Numbered from the whole stretch's first letter, positions 47,151 through 61,014 are shown. The stretch is 63,985 bases of DNA, filler included, from Olpidium bornovanus S191 (GCA_017911155.1; 28 parts of 28 records of this genome joined end to end with filler, not necessarily neighbours in it), one strand, 5' to 3'. The notes: generated by a model from the letters alone, not told the origin. Numbers and translations: made by a program.

Positions 47151-47925
47151 GCTTCTTCTTATTGTTTGGGCCCCCGATCGAGGGAGTGCCCAAGTACGCA
47201 AACCCCGGGTGTCCCTCCTCTTCTAATAAACACAAGAAACCTTCGCCGGACACACCACCCACAACAGGTTCAATAGTCGCTGGGCAGTAACATGTTTGAC
47301 GTTTTTGATTGCACAAAGGGTGCCCCTCAATTTTTCATCGAAGCGCAGAAATTGTTACATTTCACACAAAGCATAGGATTTGACCCGGACGATACTGGAA
47401 AGCAAACATCAACGACGACAGCACGGCATATCTCCTGGCACTTAATGCCGAGAGCATTCCTCACGAAAGACAAAAATTCCTGAGCGGTTATACGGGGAAA
47501 GGCACCATGAACGTAAATACTCGATATGGAAACGCCGTACCTCTGATTTCGTACTTTTCGTATGTTTTATATGACGTGGTAATGACTGTTTCTGACAACA
47601 AAATGTGCAACTGTTCAGTTAAATTTTGTGATACAATGTGTAAAGATGGATACTTATGTAACGTGCGAATACGTAATCTGCGCGTAACGCTATCTGGAGA
47701 TTAATGTCACGGCGCGCCCGCTGCGGTGGCGTCAAACCCCTCAGGCCGCGTCAAGCCCCTCAAAGGAGCGCCCGCTGGGCAACGGTCACGTGATCTAGAA
47801 ATCGCCGAGACCACTAGACACACCANNNNNNNNNNNNNNNNNNNNNNNNNNNNNNNNNNNNNNNNNNNNTTAATTAATTAANNNNNNNNNNNNNNNNNNN
47901 NNNNNNNNNNNNNNNNNNNNNNNNN

Positions 47926-49255
47926 CATGCCAATAATCAACTCGCTCGGCCGCTCGTTCTCGACCTTGGTCGCAAACGGATGATTTTTTTTCCCTATCCC
48001 TGCTCGCTTCTCGGACGTCTGCGCCCTTGCCGCAACAGGAGCGCGGGCTTGCGACACCACCTGCAGCACCTTGTCCAGCACAAACTCGTTCCCGCCAGGG
48101 AGCTGCGCGGACGAATGCTTAAGCACCTTGGGGTCCGTTTTACTCCGAACCAACGTCGTCGGAATGGCGAACGCGTCGCGGTACCCGCCGAGCTCGTCCG
48201 CCAGTTCAAAATTAAAGGCCATTCGTCCCGGTCGAAACAGCTCGTTCCTAACCAGGACCTGTCGGTGCGTTGCTGCCATCCCGGCCTCGAAAACCCGCTC
48301 GGCGAACTTCGACCGGAATTCAGGCTTACCTGAAAAATCAGCGTCCATCACAGCGCATACGGTTTTCTCCTCGCCCGCTTTGGCTCTCGCCGCCGCCTCC
48401 GCCGCCGCGGCCTCCAAATCCTCGTCCCGGATATCCCGTTGCTGCGCCGTCTGAGTTTGTTCCGCGGGCGCCGCGTCTCCCACTGCCGCTGCCTTGCTCG
48501 CCGCCTTTCTCTCCAGCTGAGCCTTCACCTTGTTCAGCAAGGCGAAGTCCAGGCCCTTGACCAGGTGCGTGTACTCCACGTCACCGCCAAGATATTTGGA
48601 CTGTTCATACGCGACACTTTGGTTCTGCTCCTCCGCAGTCTTCTGCAGTGTCGCCAAAATCTGCTCCGACTCTGCGTAGTCCGGGTTGATTCCCGTACGC
48701 CGCTCGGACGCGCGGTCACGGTACTTGGGCTCCGCCTCTTGCTCGTTCACAGGCTTCTTCCACCTTTATTGATTGGACGGGTCAGGATCCTGGGGTCCGC
48801 ATCTCGCGGGCGTTTCATTTCATTCCCGGCGCGAGAACTATAAACCGCACCTCTTTTTGGCTCTTGCAGGCACGTCAGGCTTAGCAAACCCGCTGCTTGC
48901 ACTTGATATCCTGGCAAAGCCTCGGCATCAGAGCGGCAGTCCACCGGCAACGGGGTCACTCCTACGGCGCCAGCGAACCGCCTCTCTCAACGAGTGACAT
49001 ACTCCCTCGGCGTGTGGGCCGCCCTCCGGCTCGCAGGAGTTGCGTCGCGATCAACGGCGGCCCCAGGCCGCGGCGTTGCGAGGAGCTTCCGGAAGTCATC
49101 CTGGCTCAGGCTGTGAAGCGGACGACGAGGGCGCGCAGCTTCTTAGCACCACATCGCGCAGCGGGTGTCATCGCAAGAACCCTTCATTCGGTGCCCTCCG
49201 CGCGAAACGTGACGTCCGCCGTTTGGACGCTTCCATACCCGCCGCCTCCCGCCAT
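47926..49255 (-). CDS. IK: Spliceosomal protein RED/IK (RED_N domain), 3'-partial
   Basis: MAGGG|LSQDDFRKLLATPR ... KYRDRASERR.G.NPDY ... SKYLGGDVEYTHLVKGLDFALLNKVK. Confidence 0.9.
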
Positions 49256-49267
49256 CGCTCTCTCTGC

Positions 49268-49316
<49 letters not shown>

Positions 49317-49764
49317 TCGGCTCTCCTCTCTCTCTTTGTCGGCCTCGCCTTCTTTTTTGCCTCTGCTGCCCAAACCCCCAACGGGCGGTTGGGAGGGATG
49401 GGGGGGGGAAGGTTTTATGCTCAAGGAAACCCCCCGAGCGTGCGCGCAACAGAAAGTGGTCACGTGAGTGGGCAAAGGTGTTCAGATATGCGCCCTCGTT
49501 TTTGCCCCCCCCCCTTTTCTTTTCGTTTGATCGCCCGGCATCTCCCTGCTGTAACCGTCAACCATAACAAATACACGAGAGAACGTTGGGCTGAACGTAA
49601 CAGATTAAGAGTCTCAGCCTCTCCGCTGAGGACGCCATCCGGCCGCTCACCGCCGCCGCCATTCNNNNNNNNNNNNNNNNNNNNNNNNNNNNNNNNNNNN
49701 NNNNNNNNTTAATTAATTAANNNNNNNNNNNNNNNNNNNNNNNNNNNNNNNNNNNNNNNNNNNN

Positions 49765-51403
49765 ATGAAGTCTCCACTAAACATCGTAGACGGGAAGCGC
49801 CCTTCCAAGTAACAAACAGGGCAAAGCTCGAATTTCCTGGTCTTTATGCTGCAGTACCGCACTCGTGTACACTCAACCCCGCATGTAGAGCAGTAATGGG
49901 CTGTCGTGCTCCTGCTTGTGAATCCTGCCCGCCGGCTGTCCGTCCCAGGCTTTGCAGTGGACTCATAGATAGCGCGGCAAAACACTAAATTCTGGTCTGC
50001 GTCTGTATTAGGATCAACGCCCGACGAGACTCGAGTCAGAGCTGTCGATCGGCCGGTAGCGGCAGCATTCGGCGGGTTCTCCAATGTGGCCTTATATGTG
50101 CCAGTGAACGACGGTCCAATTACCGTCGGCCGGGTATCTGCGTCAATCTGATGAAGCGGGCACGGAGGGCACCCTTAGCGTAAAATCGCGAATACTTTCC
50201 CCAAGTTAAATGCAATAAAATTCATACCTGGTAGTTTATCAAACCCCACTGCTCCAAAAACGCGTGAACGCGTATTATGGCGCATACATCTCCAGCCAGG
50301 TTCCTTCGGCAGGCGGTGACAGTGAGATACTCGCTTGGATTCAATCGGTAGGTGTTGATCATAAAATCTCGGTATTCTTTGTACACGGACGGCGTCTTGC
50401 TCCGATTTTTGTTGTTAAAGAATTCTGGAAGCACCCGTTTCTCTATGTCCGTGATTTTCCCAAACGAGAACCAAGCGGCATAACTCGGTATGATAATCTC
50501 CTGGGTCTGGTAGGAGAGATATGTCCGAGCCTCATCTTCAGGCCAAGAAGTGCACTCTTTCTCGGTCTTTACGGCGTTTGCGTCGCTCGTTCCTGCAGCA
50601 GTGGCCGTCTGGCTCCCTGCCTGCGTCTCGTCAATATCGGCGAGCGGCGAAGTAGTCGGCGTTGCCAACGCCAAAGTGACTTCAGCTTCGCCTCCGGCAG
50701 CAGCAGGCGTGAGCGGCGCGGAGAATACAGACACCCCGGGCGGTTCCCCATCGACCGCGTCTTCCCGGACTGCAAAGTTGGTGGCTGAATTGGCGGCTTC
50801 GTCTGTGTCCATTGGGTCCGAGCCTGTGTTGCTTTCGTCCACGAAAGGTGCTTCAGCCAGCTGCCGCGGCGGTGGTCCCGTTGAACACTCAGCAGAAAGG
50901 TTGCTGATGGTACCCCCCTGGAGCGGTTCCATCTCGTTCTTCTTCCACCTCGGGACCTTCAGATTCTCTGGTATCACCACAGTCGTGACCAGGGGGTGCG
51001 GATGGGCCGACGCAGCCTGCTGCTGGCCGGCTGACGCGGACGCCGGCGCAGGCGGCGGCAGCGGTTTGGGGCCTACCTCTCGGAGCGGACTGGTCCCGGC
51101 GCTACCTCCTGTACTGTTGACATCCAGCTTCCTCTTCTTGGCGGGCGACGAAGCTGACGCGGCCTCGTTCCCGCCGGGCGCGTCCTCGTCCTCCATTGCG
51201 GCCTCCTCTGCAGCCTCATCTTCTTCGTTCGGCTCGTCCGCCTCGTCCGCCGCGCCCTCCGCCTCCGCCGTGTCGTCTCCGCCACCCACTTCGGGGTATT
51301 CGGGCTCCTGCGCGTCGAAGCCTCGCTCCGGGGCCGGCCGTTCGCCGGACGGCTCCTCCGCGCGGCCGTTTGAACGGGCGTCCGGGGTCGTGGAGTGGTC
51401 CAT
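49765..51403 (-). CDS. RSC8: SWI/SNF-RSC subunit Swi3/Rsc8 (SMARCC): SWIRM domain + ZZ-type finger, 3'-partial
   Basis: [10 protein letters not shown]...[69 protein letters not shown], then C..CG..C...Y...[13 protein letters not shown]. Confidence 0.92.
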
Positions 51404-52087
51404 GGCACGGGCTGCCGTGTCCCTTCGCGCGGCGCTCGCGCACGGGTCCGGCAGGCGCAGCGCAGGGCAAGGCAGCAAGCCAGCAGCAGCAGGCGGAGGG
51501 ACACACACGCGTTCCGTCCGCGGGCGTTGTCTTCTCTTTCTCTCTCTTTCTTTCCGTCCCGCGGCAAAAAGTTGCCCGCCCGCGGAGCTTTCTTTCTTTG
51601 CGCGGAGACAACCCAAACCCATTCCCCCACGTGACCGCCCCTCCTCCTTCTCCTCCGCCCCCCCCCCCTCACCTCACCCTGCCATCTCCCCCAAACCCGT
51701 GCCGCACATCTGCCCCGGTCCCGTTGTGACAAAGCCTCAAAGATCGTTGCACCCCGACCCACTAGCCATCCGACGGATGGCGAAAGCCGTGCAAGAATGT
51801 GCGGAAAACCATGCATCTCGTGCATCCACCTTTGAGTGGTTGGGAGAAGGGATGTCATAAGATGGCATGTTTGGAATAATTCTAACAAGCTAGTAGAATC
51901 TGCAGTCATTTCTAGCAGAATAATATCTGTTACCGAAGTTTGTTTATCGTAATTCTAACAGTCCCAAACAGTGTCAAACGGCTGCCNNNNNNNNNNNNNN
52001 NNNNNNNNNNNNNNNNNNNNNNNNNNNNNNTTAATTAATTAANNNNNNNNNNNNNNNNNNNNNNNNNNNNNNNNNNNNNNNNNNNNC

Positions 52088-53731
52088 CCACGCCAGGGCG
52101 AGCTGAGCAACGGTGCACCCTAGGCGTTCGGCGACTTTGGTCATCTTCCGGACCTTCTCGATCTTGATCTTTCCCTCTTCGCTCTCGACCTGCGACCTGA
52201 TCCTCTTCATCAGGCTGTCGTCCATGGCCAGGCGAGTCCCGTCGGGAATCCCGTTGTTGTATTTGCCGGTGAGAACCCCGGAGTCCTGCGCGCGGGCGCG
52301 TTTTGCGCGAGGGAAGTGGGCGTTTCGTGAGCCGCAGAGATCCGATCGACCGGCCGGAAAAAAAAAAAAAAAAAAAAAAAAAAAACCGAAAACGGTAAAT
52401 TCACGCTCACCAGCGGTGACCACGTGGTCGTGCCGAGACCGAGGTCCGACTTGTAAAAGTTGTCGTACTCCTTTTCGACGCGCTCGCGGTGGAAACAGTT
52501 GTACTGCGGCTGCTCAACAACCGGACCCACAAGCTTCAGGTCGGCGGCAACGCGGCGGGCCGAATCGATCTGCCAGGCGCCCCACTCGGAGGTTCCCCAG
52601 TAGAAACACATCCCTTTGTCGATACAGAAATTGAACGCTGTAAAGACCGTGGGGTGAAACCAACCGTTAGGTGAGATCTGCCGGATGCTTTGCATAAAAG
52701 CGAGCACCAGAGTATCGCATGGCTCGGAACCCAGAGAGGAGACGACGGTGCATACCGCGGACAATTTCTTCCATCGGGGTCTTCGGATCGTACCGGTGGG
52801 CAAACACAATGTCCACGTAGTCCACCTGCAGTCGCTGCAAGCTAGCCTTCAATCCCTCTGCAAGGGCGTAACGGCTTCTCGTTAGCAACTCCGCAACGTC
52901 CGGTCGGAGAAAATGGATGACACTGCTGACCGACTATATGCTTCCTCGAGAGACCCTCGTCGTTGGGGCCAGGGCCGCCCCAAAAAATCTGTGGGCGGCG
53001 CAGTCGTCCACACGGCAAGTGACCCCGCGCGTAAGACATCACACACGGAAGTAAGCGTAAACCGAGTTTGCAAAATTCACTCGACAACCTTGGTGCTGAG
53101 GACGAGGTCAGACCTCTTCCAATTGAGCTTCTTGATGGCCTTGCCCATCTCTAAAAGCGCGCGCCGTTTTGGTTATCGGTCCGGCGCGAGATCGTAGAGG
53201 GAAGACATAAAAAGAGCGGTTCGCCACCAGGGCCGATACTCACCGATTTCGGACTGGCCATTGGCGTACACCTGTTATAAAAGGATTTCGGGCCCAACCG
53301 GCAAAAAAAAAAAGTGTGGGCGTGGATTCCGTGACCTCTGCATTTATAATGGCCTTCCGCCTGGGGCTATACCTCCGCGTTATCGAAGTAGTTGACGCCC
53401 GCATCGTAGGCTGCCTTCATGCACTCGGTCGTGGTGTCTTCAACGTCGGGAAATCGCGCCGGTCAAAACGACGACGCGGGGATTTACGGCAAAACAGCTC
53501 CAAGCCAAAGCAGGTCGCGCGGGGCACTTACCGCCGCCAACCTGACCGCCGTAAGTGACCTGTGCGCCGCCGCTTATCGTCAGCCACACAGCCGACCAGG
53601 TTGCCTTTCTCCAAACCGACCAGGTTGCCTTTCTCCAACCCCGGCGTTCCCCGGGGGAAGGGACTCACCCATCCGCCGAGGGAGATGACGGAGACTTTCA
53701 GGCCGGTCTTCCCAAGGTACCGATACTCCAT
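52088..53731 (-). CDS. Aldo-keto reductase of the voltage-gated K+ channel beta-subunit (AKR6/KCNAB-like) family, many short exons, 3'-partial
   Basis: [21 protein letters not shown]|VTYGGQV...[13 protein letters not shown]|VYANGQSE...|[19 protein letters not shown]|[32 protein letters not shown]|...YWGTSEW. Confidence 0.92.
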
Positions 53732-53843
53732 CTGAGGCATGCCTGCAGCTTTTCAGAGTCTTTCGCGAGAAACGCGGGGGAGGGTGGGAGGGTATGGGGG
53801 GGGGGGGGGGGGGGGGGGCGGGGGGGGGGGGGGGGGGGGCGGC

Positions 53844-53875
<32 letters not shown>

Positions 53876-54316
53876 CGGGAGAANNNNNNNNNNNNNNNNN
53901 NNNNNNNNNNNNNNNNNNNNNNNNNNNTTAATTAATTAANNNNNNNNNNNNNNNNNNNNNNNNNNNNNNNNNNNNNNNNNNNNCCCCGCCGGTTCCAGAG
54001 CCCCCCGCTTCCCTTACCCAGCCCGGTGGATCGAAAAGGATTCATTCTTCCCCTTCTCCCTTTGCCGCTCCGCTGCCGCGATTGCTTCTTCCCGCCCCCC
54101 CCCCTCCCCCTCCTCGCCCGGTTGCTCATCCGTCCGGCCTCCGCGGTATGCTCCTTCCGCCGTTCAACTTCGCCTCCATTCCCATCTGCTCCCGTGATCC
54201 TCTCTCGCTCACTCTCTCGCACAACCCAGGGCGCCTCTCCTTCCTAGGCTGTCCCTCGTTTCCCCGTCGATAGAGCGAGGCGGGCGGAGCGGCCTGACGA
54301 AACTGGACTCGGGATC

Positions 54317-56230
54317 GTGCGTCGTCGCAGACGCGTGGAAGAGCCGGCGAGCAGCCCGACGGTCTTTGCGCCCGCTGGCCCGAAGGGCATGTTGACGGAC
54401 GCGACGGAGAGCCCGGGCACCGACATGGGGGCCGCGGGGATCTGCGAAGGGGGGGGGGGCCGGCTCTCTGTTCCTTTCTCGACCAACACGTCGCCGCGGC
54501 ATCCGGAGAGGCAGGCCGACGGCCCCGCGGCGGCGGACAACTTTGAACGAGAAGGTTCGGCGGGCCCGGACGGCGGCGGATTCTGTTCGCCGGCAGTTTC
54601 GAACGCGTCGCCAACGAGCTCGGCGCTGGCGAGCGGGCTGGTTGCGGTGTCCGGCTCTGTCAAAGCAGCGGCCGCGGGCGACCATCAACAGCCGTCCTCC
54701 CGCGTGGGCCCGGCGGCGACAAGCGGCGACCAGCTTCTCGGCGGACCCTGCGCCGAGAACTCTGGCGATTCGGGTCCCGCAACTCCCGGCGTCGGCCTTC
54801 AAACCCAGTCTTGCGGCCAGCGCCGGCCGCCACCGCCGCAAGCGACGACAGATCAATCGATGTCCAGCACCTCGATGTCCAGCACCTCGGGATTTCCTTG
54901 CCGGGCGCTGACCCCGTCGTCGGTAGTCGAGTCGGCGCTGTCGGGATCGTTCGCTCACGGGTGGTGCTGGGATAACCTGAAGAGCGCGGGAACGCAGAAT
55001 TCCGTGCCGGAAGGCAGAGACGCCAAGCCCGTTTTGTTGCTAGGCGGCATGGTCGGTCTGTCAAAGACTCGGCCGAGAAACATGCGCACCACATCGTCAG
55101 ACGACGATTTCACGAAATGCCGAGAAGCGAATAAGAGCTTGGCGGCGCTGGATCTCAGGGTACTGCCACAACTGCGCAAGCCTGTGCCGTTGTTACCAAG
55201 GGCCCGTTTCCATTCGCCGTCATTTTTCCGCCGCAGCGCCCAGGCGACTCGATGTGCCGCTGCCGTCTAACGCTGCTTGTTCGCAAAACAACAGCCAACG
55301 CTAGGCCATAAGCGCGGCGCCAGCAGCCTTACTCAGTTGACGATAAAACGCCATCTGGAGTCGTTGCGCGATTCAAACGGACTCAAGGAAACTCCTGCCG
55401 CCACGAAACTTCAGGCTACGTTCCGGGGTTTTCTCCTACGCAAAAAGGTTCGTCTCCAGCGAGTCGAGCAGCGTGCGACGCCACGCCGGCTCAAGACCGA
55501 CTCTCGCCTGCTGACCAGAAACACGTACGCAGCTCATCGCCTCGTATGAAGACCACATAGCAGCGCTGGAGGACCGCTTACGGACGACCGACACTGGAGT
55601 TCTCAACGTCGGGCTTCTTTCATCCAGGTCCCACGACGGCGGAAAGGCCGCGACGACGGGACAATTGGCAGCTCTAAACATAGACAGTTCAGAACCCGCG
55701 CTGGCACGCGAGCGAGAACGTGCGTTCGCTGCCGAAAGGGAGAAGGAGCGGTTTAGGATCAAGTTGGAAGAGTGCCAAGAAGCTCTGAGCAAGGCCAACT
55801 GGCGCGTACAAGATTTGAGCCAAGAGCTGGAACGGGTGAGCGCGGCCAGCCGTTGTGTCGGCAGCTCTTATTGTTCGTCGTGGCGGAACGGCGGCGCAAG
55901 TGGGCATCTCACGCCGAATTTCCACAAAACAGACCAAGGAAAATTGTGCGCAGCTCCATTCGTCCTTGACGCAAGCAAACCAGTCCAGCAAAGAAATGTC
56001 TGCGCACCTAGCGATTGCCTCGCGTGCCCTCGAGGCGCAAACCAACCGCTCGGCAACGCTGTCCGCGACACTCGCCTCGCTTCGACAATCTGTCCCAGCA
56101 GACCACCAGCTCTCCGCGCAGCTGGAGTCCATGGAGCCGCACCTTCAGTTGGCCGCCACACACCGCGAGCTCGAGACCGAGCGGGCACGGTGCATCCTCA
56201 AGACGGGCGAGTGTGACGAGCTAAGAGCGC
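54317..56230 (+). CDS. Hypothetical IQ-motif / coiled-coil protein (exon structure tentative)
   Basis: IQ motif AATKLQATFRGFLLRKK before a GT donor, and coiled-coil exons (FRIKLEECQEALSKANWRVQDLSQELER; HRELETERARCILK.GECDELRAQ) ending at GT donors. Whether the upstream low-complexity ORF belongs to it is uncertain. Confidence 0.45.
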
Positions 56231-57857
56231 AGGTAATCCGCCTTAAGGGNNNNNNNNNNNNNNNNNNNNNNNNNNNNNNNNNNNNNNNNNNNNTTAATTA
56301 ATTAANNNNNNNNNNNNNNNNNNNNNNNNNNNNNNNNNNNNNNNNNNNNCATGGTCACGGGCGGGGGATGCCGGGCGGGGGATGTGGGGCGGGCGGAGGG
56401 CAAGGGCCGTGCTAAATCTCACTCGACCAACACGTCCTCCCCGTCGCGCAATGCAGTAGCGCGTCGTCTGCGGACGAAGACACTCGGTCAATGATCTCCG
56501 CCGGCGGTAGAGCCAAGGTAATTCCAGTCGAGCCACCAATTATTTGATACCACCAACGAGAATTGAATTCAGTATCGCCGCGCGTGGGGCGGCGATTCTC
56601 GGGAACTGAAACGCCACGCGCGCACGCCCACCCCCGCCGCCTTCCCAGGACCCATCATGAACCGTCCGCGACGGGGCGACGCCCCGGCAGGCCCACCCGC
56701 TCGGACCCGGGTTCCGCGCGGCAGCACCTCCGGCTGCGGCGGCCGTTTGGTGCCGCCGCTCGTTGATTTCGTCCTCGCGGACCTCGGCACCGTCTGCTCG
56801 TCTCCCAATGCGTCGAGGGACGGCCACGAGCCCGGATCCCTTCTCTCGCGTCGGAGAAGGATGAGGGCTGCCGCCGCCTCGCCTCCTTTCGGTCCTGCTC
56901 CTGCGCGCGGCGCCTACTCGGAACGTGCGGTTGGCGCCAACCTCCGCGGCGGCGGCGGAGCCGCCGGCTGGCTCACCGAACGCTTCTCCAAGCCGCCGGG
57001 TGTGCTTGTGTTCGAACTGCGGTACGCCTAAAAAATGAACAAGAGCGATCGCGGGGAGCGCATGGGGGGGGTGTAGGCGGGGCGAGAGAGACAGGGTATT
57101 TCCGTCTGACTCTTCGAAGGGTGCCCGTCGATGTTGCCGCCATCGTCGTAGATGCGGGAACATCGGCAGGAGGAAGTGCCGCGGTAGTGACCTGCTCCAT
57201 CTCGCGGTGCGCGCAAAGCCGCCGGCGAGAGGATTTTAGCATTGTCGCGACGGCCGAAGGACTGGATCGCGCGGGCGAGGTAAGAAAGAGAGTCTGCGAC
57301 GGTGCTCGTCCATATGCCAGGAAGAGCGGAGAGCTTTACCGAAGCAGCATAACAGAGCGATTGCGGAACAGCCGCCCCTCGCCCACACGGTCTTTATATC
57401 GCCCGCCTGATTACCGAAATCTTCGAAAGATCATTTGCTGGTACGATCGGCTCTTGCCGCCCGCGCTCCTGCTTGAACAATTGAGAGAAAATAGATCACT
57501 GGTATGTTTTCCATCTTTTACAGCGGGGTGTTTGGTTGAAGAGCAAACAAACAAAAAAGTAAAGGCACCGGAACCGTCGACCGACTGCGGCGTTTTTGGC
57601 GCATACGCAGTGCACCTCAGAGTCTCGGATGCTTCCCATGAATGCCCGGCGTGGCTGCTTACTGAAGTCGCGGACGATTCAGATTTACGTGTTAAAAAGT
57701 AAGGAGGTCCGCGTCGCCGCGGAGGCTTTATCCAGGCGAGCGCTTCTAAACGGCGCGNNNNNNNNNNNNNNNNNNNNNNNNNNNNNNNNNNNNNNNNNNN
57801 NTTAATTAATTAANNNNNNNNNNNNNNNNNNNNNNNNNNNNNNNNNNNNNNNNNNNN

Positions 57858-59449
57858 CATGAATTTTGAATGATGTTAAAACTCGCATTAGCCTGGCGCG
57901 AGCGGTGTATCTCGTGCAAAGTTGCCCCTCGTTATTTGTCAGGCACCACCGTCGCCACTAACTTTTCCACGCTCCGGCTGACCACCAGCTTGGCATCGTG
58001 CCCCAGGATTTGGTAGCATTTGATGTACCTGCTAGATGTGGTCTGAGGGCGGTTCCGACACGTCCAAGTTAGCATCCAATCAAATTCAAGGGGTCAAACC
58101 GGGCAAATCATGACAAAATCCCGCATTTTTCAAATCCTTGCGCCAAAAATTAATTCTTACCACGACCAGAAACTCCCCGTTCAGCGTCATCTCGATCACG
58201 TCACCTTCGCTCTCGGGCCAGGTGATCGACTGCTTGACCGAACCCTGGAACGTGCACACGTCGACGCGGTTATTGCCAGAGGGGACGAATACCGAGCGGG
58301 AGTCGACGGCAACTGCGCCGAGGGACTCTCCCGCCAAGAAGGACCCGGTTTGCGTAGGGAGGATGTTGGGATCTGAAGGCAGACGGGAAACCCCAGGTCG
58401 TCAGGCGGACACGCCCGGCAGGGGGAAGAGGGGAAAGGGGTAGTAGGGGTAAAAGTGGGAGTGGGGAGGCATAAATGCAAACGACTCACCACTGCTGAAC
58501 TCGTACGTCTCAATCATTTTTCCCTGGCACACGGCCAGGTGGCCCGAACACACGGCGATGCTTTTCACGCGTCCGGCCTTCTGGAGGAGGTTGACGATGA
58601 CCTGGAATTCAAGTTAACCAAAAACGTGTTGCGCCGCCGTGGTCAAAAAAATAAACGAAACAGTCGCCCCCACTCCCCCCCCCTCCTCTTTGTAAAAAGA
58701 AAAGAAAAAGATATCCCCGTTTTTGAACAAACCACGTTTGACCGAGAAAGCACGGTGCTCTCCGGCCCCTTCCCGTTGACTCCCGCGTTCCACACGACCA
58801 CTCTTCCCTTTTCGATCTGCACCGCGGCCGTACGGCCGGCGGTCGACCAGGCGTATATTATCGACTGCTCGTACAAGACGCGGATGCCCGTCTTTTTACG
58901 CGCGTACAGCACGGAGGCGGTTGGAGAAATGCTCCAGTGGAGGGACTCGACGCTGCTGGACACGTTAATTTTCGGCAGCGGCTGATGAAGTTTTGCGGGG
59001 CCGAAGTTGGCCGGCTGGTGAGCGCCGAATGATGGAGCCAAACGAACAAAAAAAAAAAAAAAAAACCCGGGCCGCTCGAAAATGTACAAGACGAAAGCTC
59101 GCTGTTTCCAGTTGTTAGCTGCGGAACACGACTTTTTTTTCGAATAAAGGCACGTACATCCCAGACCCTGACGCGCTTGTCTTCGTGGGCATTGCGGACC
59201 ATTCGGGATTTCCACATTACGATGTGTCCCGTGTCGGTGCCCCCGGCTAAGACGTGCCGATTAGGATGGTAAGTGATGCAGTTGATTCGAGCGTCTTCGG
59301 CGGCTGTGCTCGGTCAAACGGTGTGCAATCATGCGGCTGCAGTATTTGTTGACCAGCTCGGTTTCCGTCATATCGGCAGCATCCTCCCAGGCGATGACTC
59401 CATCCCGCTTGGTTTTCAGGCGGAGCTTGCCTCCTTTGGCGTACTGGTA
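57858..59449 (-). CDS. IFT140: Intraflagellar transport protein 140 (IFT-A), WD40 region, internal fragment
   Basis: INCITYHPNRHVLAGGTDTGHIVMWK and VFVPSGNNRVDVCTFQGSVKQSITWPESEGDVIEMTLNGEFLVV match IFT140 (…RVQVRTWQGTVKQ.L.FSE.EG…GNFLVV). Confidence 0.8.
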
Positions 59450-59549
59450 NNNNNNNNNNNNNNNNNNNNNNNNNNNNNNNNNNNNNNNNNNNNTTAATTA
59501 ATTAANNNNNNNNNNNNNNNNNNNNNNNNNNNNNNNNNNNNNNNNNNNN

Positions 59550-60306
59550 CCATGCACGCCGTCTTGATGGAAAATTTCCGCGAGCACATATCGAACAGGT
59601 CCTCCATCGACGGACCCAGCAGGTCCAAACACAGGATGTTGTGCAGGCCCTCCTGGCCGTAGTAATATACCTGTGGGACTCCCACTACGGTGTGATCAAC
59701 AAGAAAAGCAAGGACAATGCCGAGTTCCGTACGGGATTACGGCGAGGGAAGGCCGGGGTGGGATGTTTTGGCAAAGAGGGAGATGCGCGGAAAGCCCGAG
59801 CCCGGCTAAAAAATGAGCAGTCGAACAGAGCGACAAGAGGAAAGTTGCGGACTCACCACATCCAGCGATTATCTTGTAAGTCCGGTACTCATCACGGAGT
59901 TGCGGTGCATCGCTCTTTCGCGACTCAAACTTAATCGCGACCTGAAGGTTGTTGAGAAGGTTGGTGCCTTCGAGGTGACGCGCAGGAACAGGACAGAGGC
60001 AGGAGGGTCAAAACCCTGCTAACTTGGACCGCACGGGCGAGTCCACCCTACGACTGCTCAGCTTCGGTTCAGATTGCTGTCCGCGACGGCTCAGCCTTTC
60101 GGCTCAGATTTGGGGCCCCGCAGCGGCTCAATCTTCGGATCCCGCCCGGAGCGTCCGTCGTTTCTGTTCCTCCTGCGTCGTCGTTCCTTTGCTCTGTCTA
60201 GCCCTCACCCTCCCTCCAGAGTTCAAGCTTCCTGCGGTTTTTCGTTTCTTCAAGCGGGGTCTCTCCAGATCTGGAGAGACTGGGGCCGTAACCCTGCTTG
60301 GGTCCT

Positions 60307-60373
<67 letters not shown>

Positions 60374-60658
60374 TTCGTAAATGACGCCGAAGCTGCCTTC
60401 CCCGATCTTCCTCCCGACGCGGTAGTGCACGCCGACAACGTTCGGTGACCCGGAGTTCGCCGACCCGGCAGTGGAGCCCACGCTCCGCGTGTGGTTCGCG
60501 CCCGCGTCGTTCGCCGGCGCACCGCCCGCCGCCACCGCCGCAGCCGCCGCCGCCGCCGCCCCTTCGCCCCCTCCTCCTCCGCCGTCGGCGTTGCCCCCGG
60601 CCTGCAGCTGCTGCGGGTAGCAGTGGTGGCTGCGCTGCTGGTGCTGTGCGCCCTGCAT
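59550..60658 (-). CDS. Casein kinase I (fungal YCK1/2 / Cki type), N-terminal part
   Basis: [23 protein letters not shown]|[31 protein letters not shown]|[41 protein letters not shown]. Confidence 0.95.
60311..60370. repeat. (TC)30 microsatellite directly after the CK1 intron-1 donor (GTGAGAGA... on the minus strand)
   Basis: Seen directly. Confidence 0.9.
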
Positions 60659-60794
60659 CGTCCGCCTCGGGCCCGCTCCCGGCTCGTCCCTGCCGCCGCC
60701 GACGCCGCCGGCGCCCCGCCCCGGCCCGAGGGCGTTCTCCTCGTCGGCCCGCTGTCCGCGAAGGAATGCGACCGCAGGGGGACGGAGATTACTC

Positions 60795-60839
<45 letters not shown>

Positions 60840-60861
60840 TTTGGGGGGAACAACGAAGGGG

Positions 60862-60914
<53 letters not shown>

Positions 60915-61014
60915 NNNNNNNNNNNNNNNNNNNNNNNNNNNNNNNNNNNNNNNNNNNNTTAATTAATTAANNNNNNNNNNNNNNNNNNNNNNNNNNNNNN
61001 NNNNNNNNNNNNNN

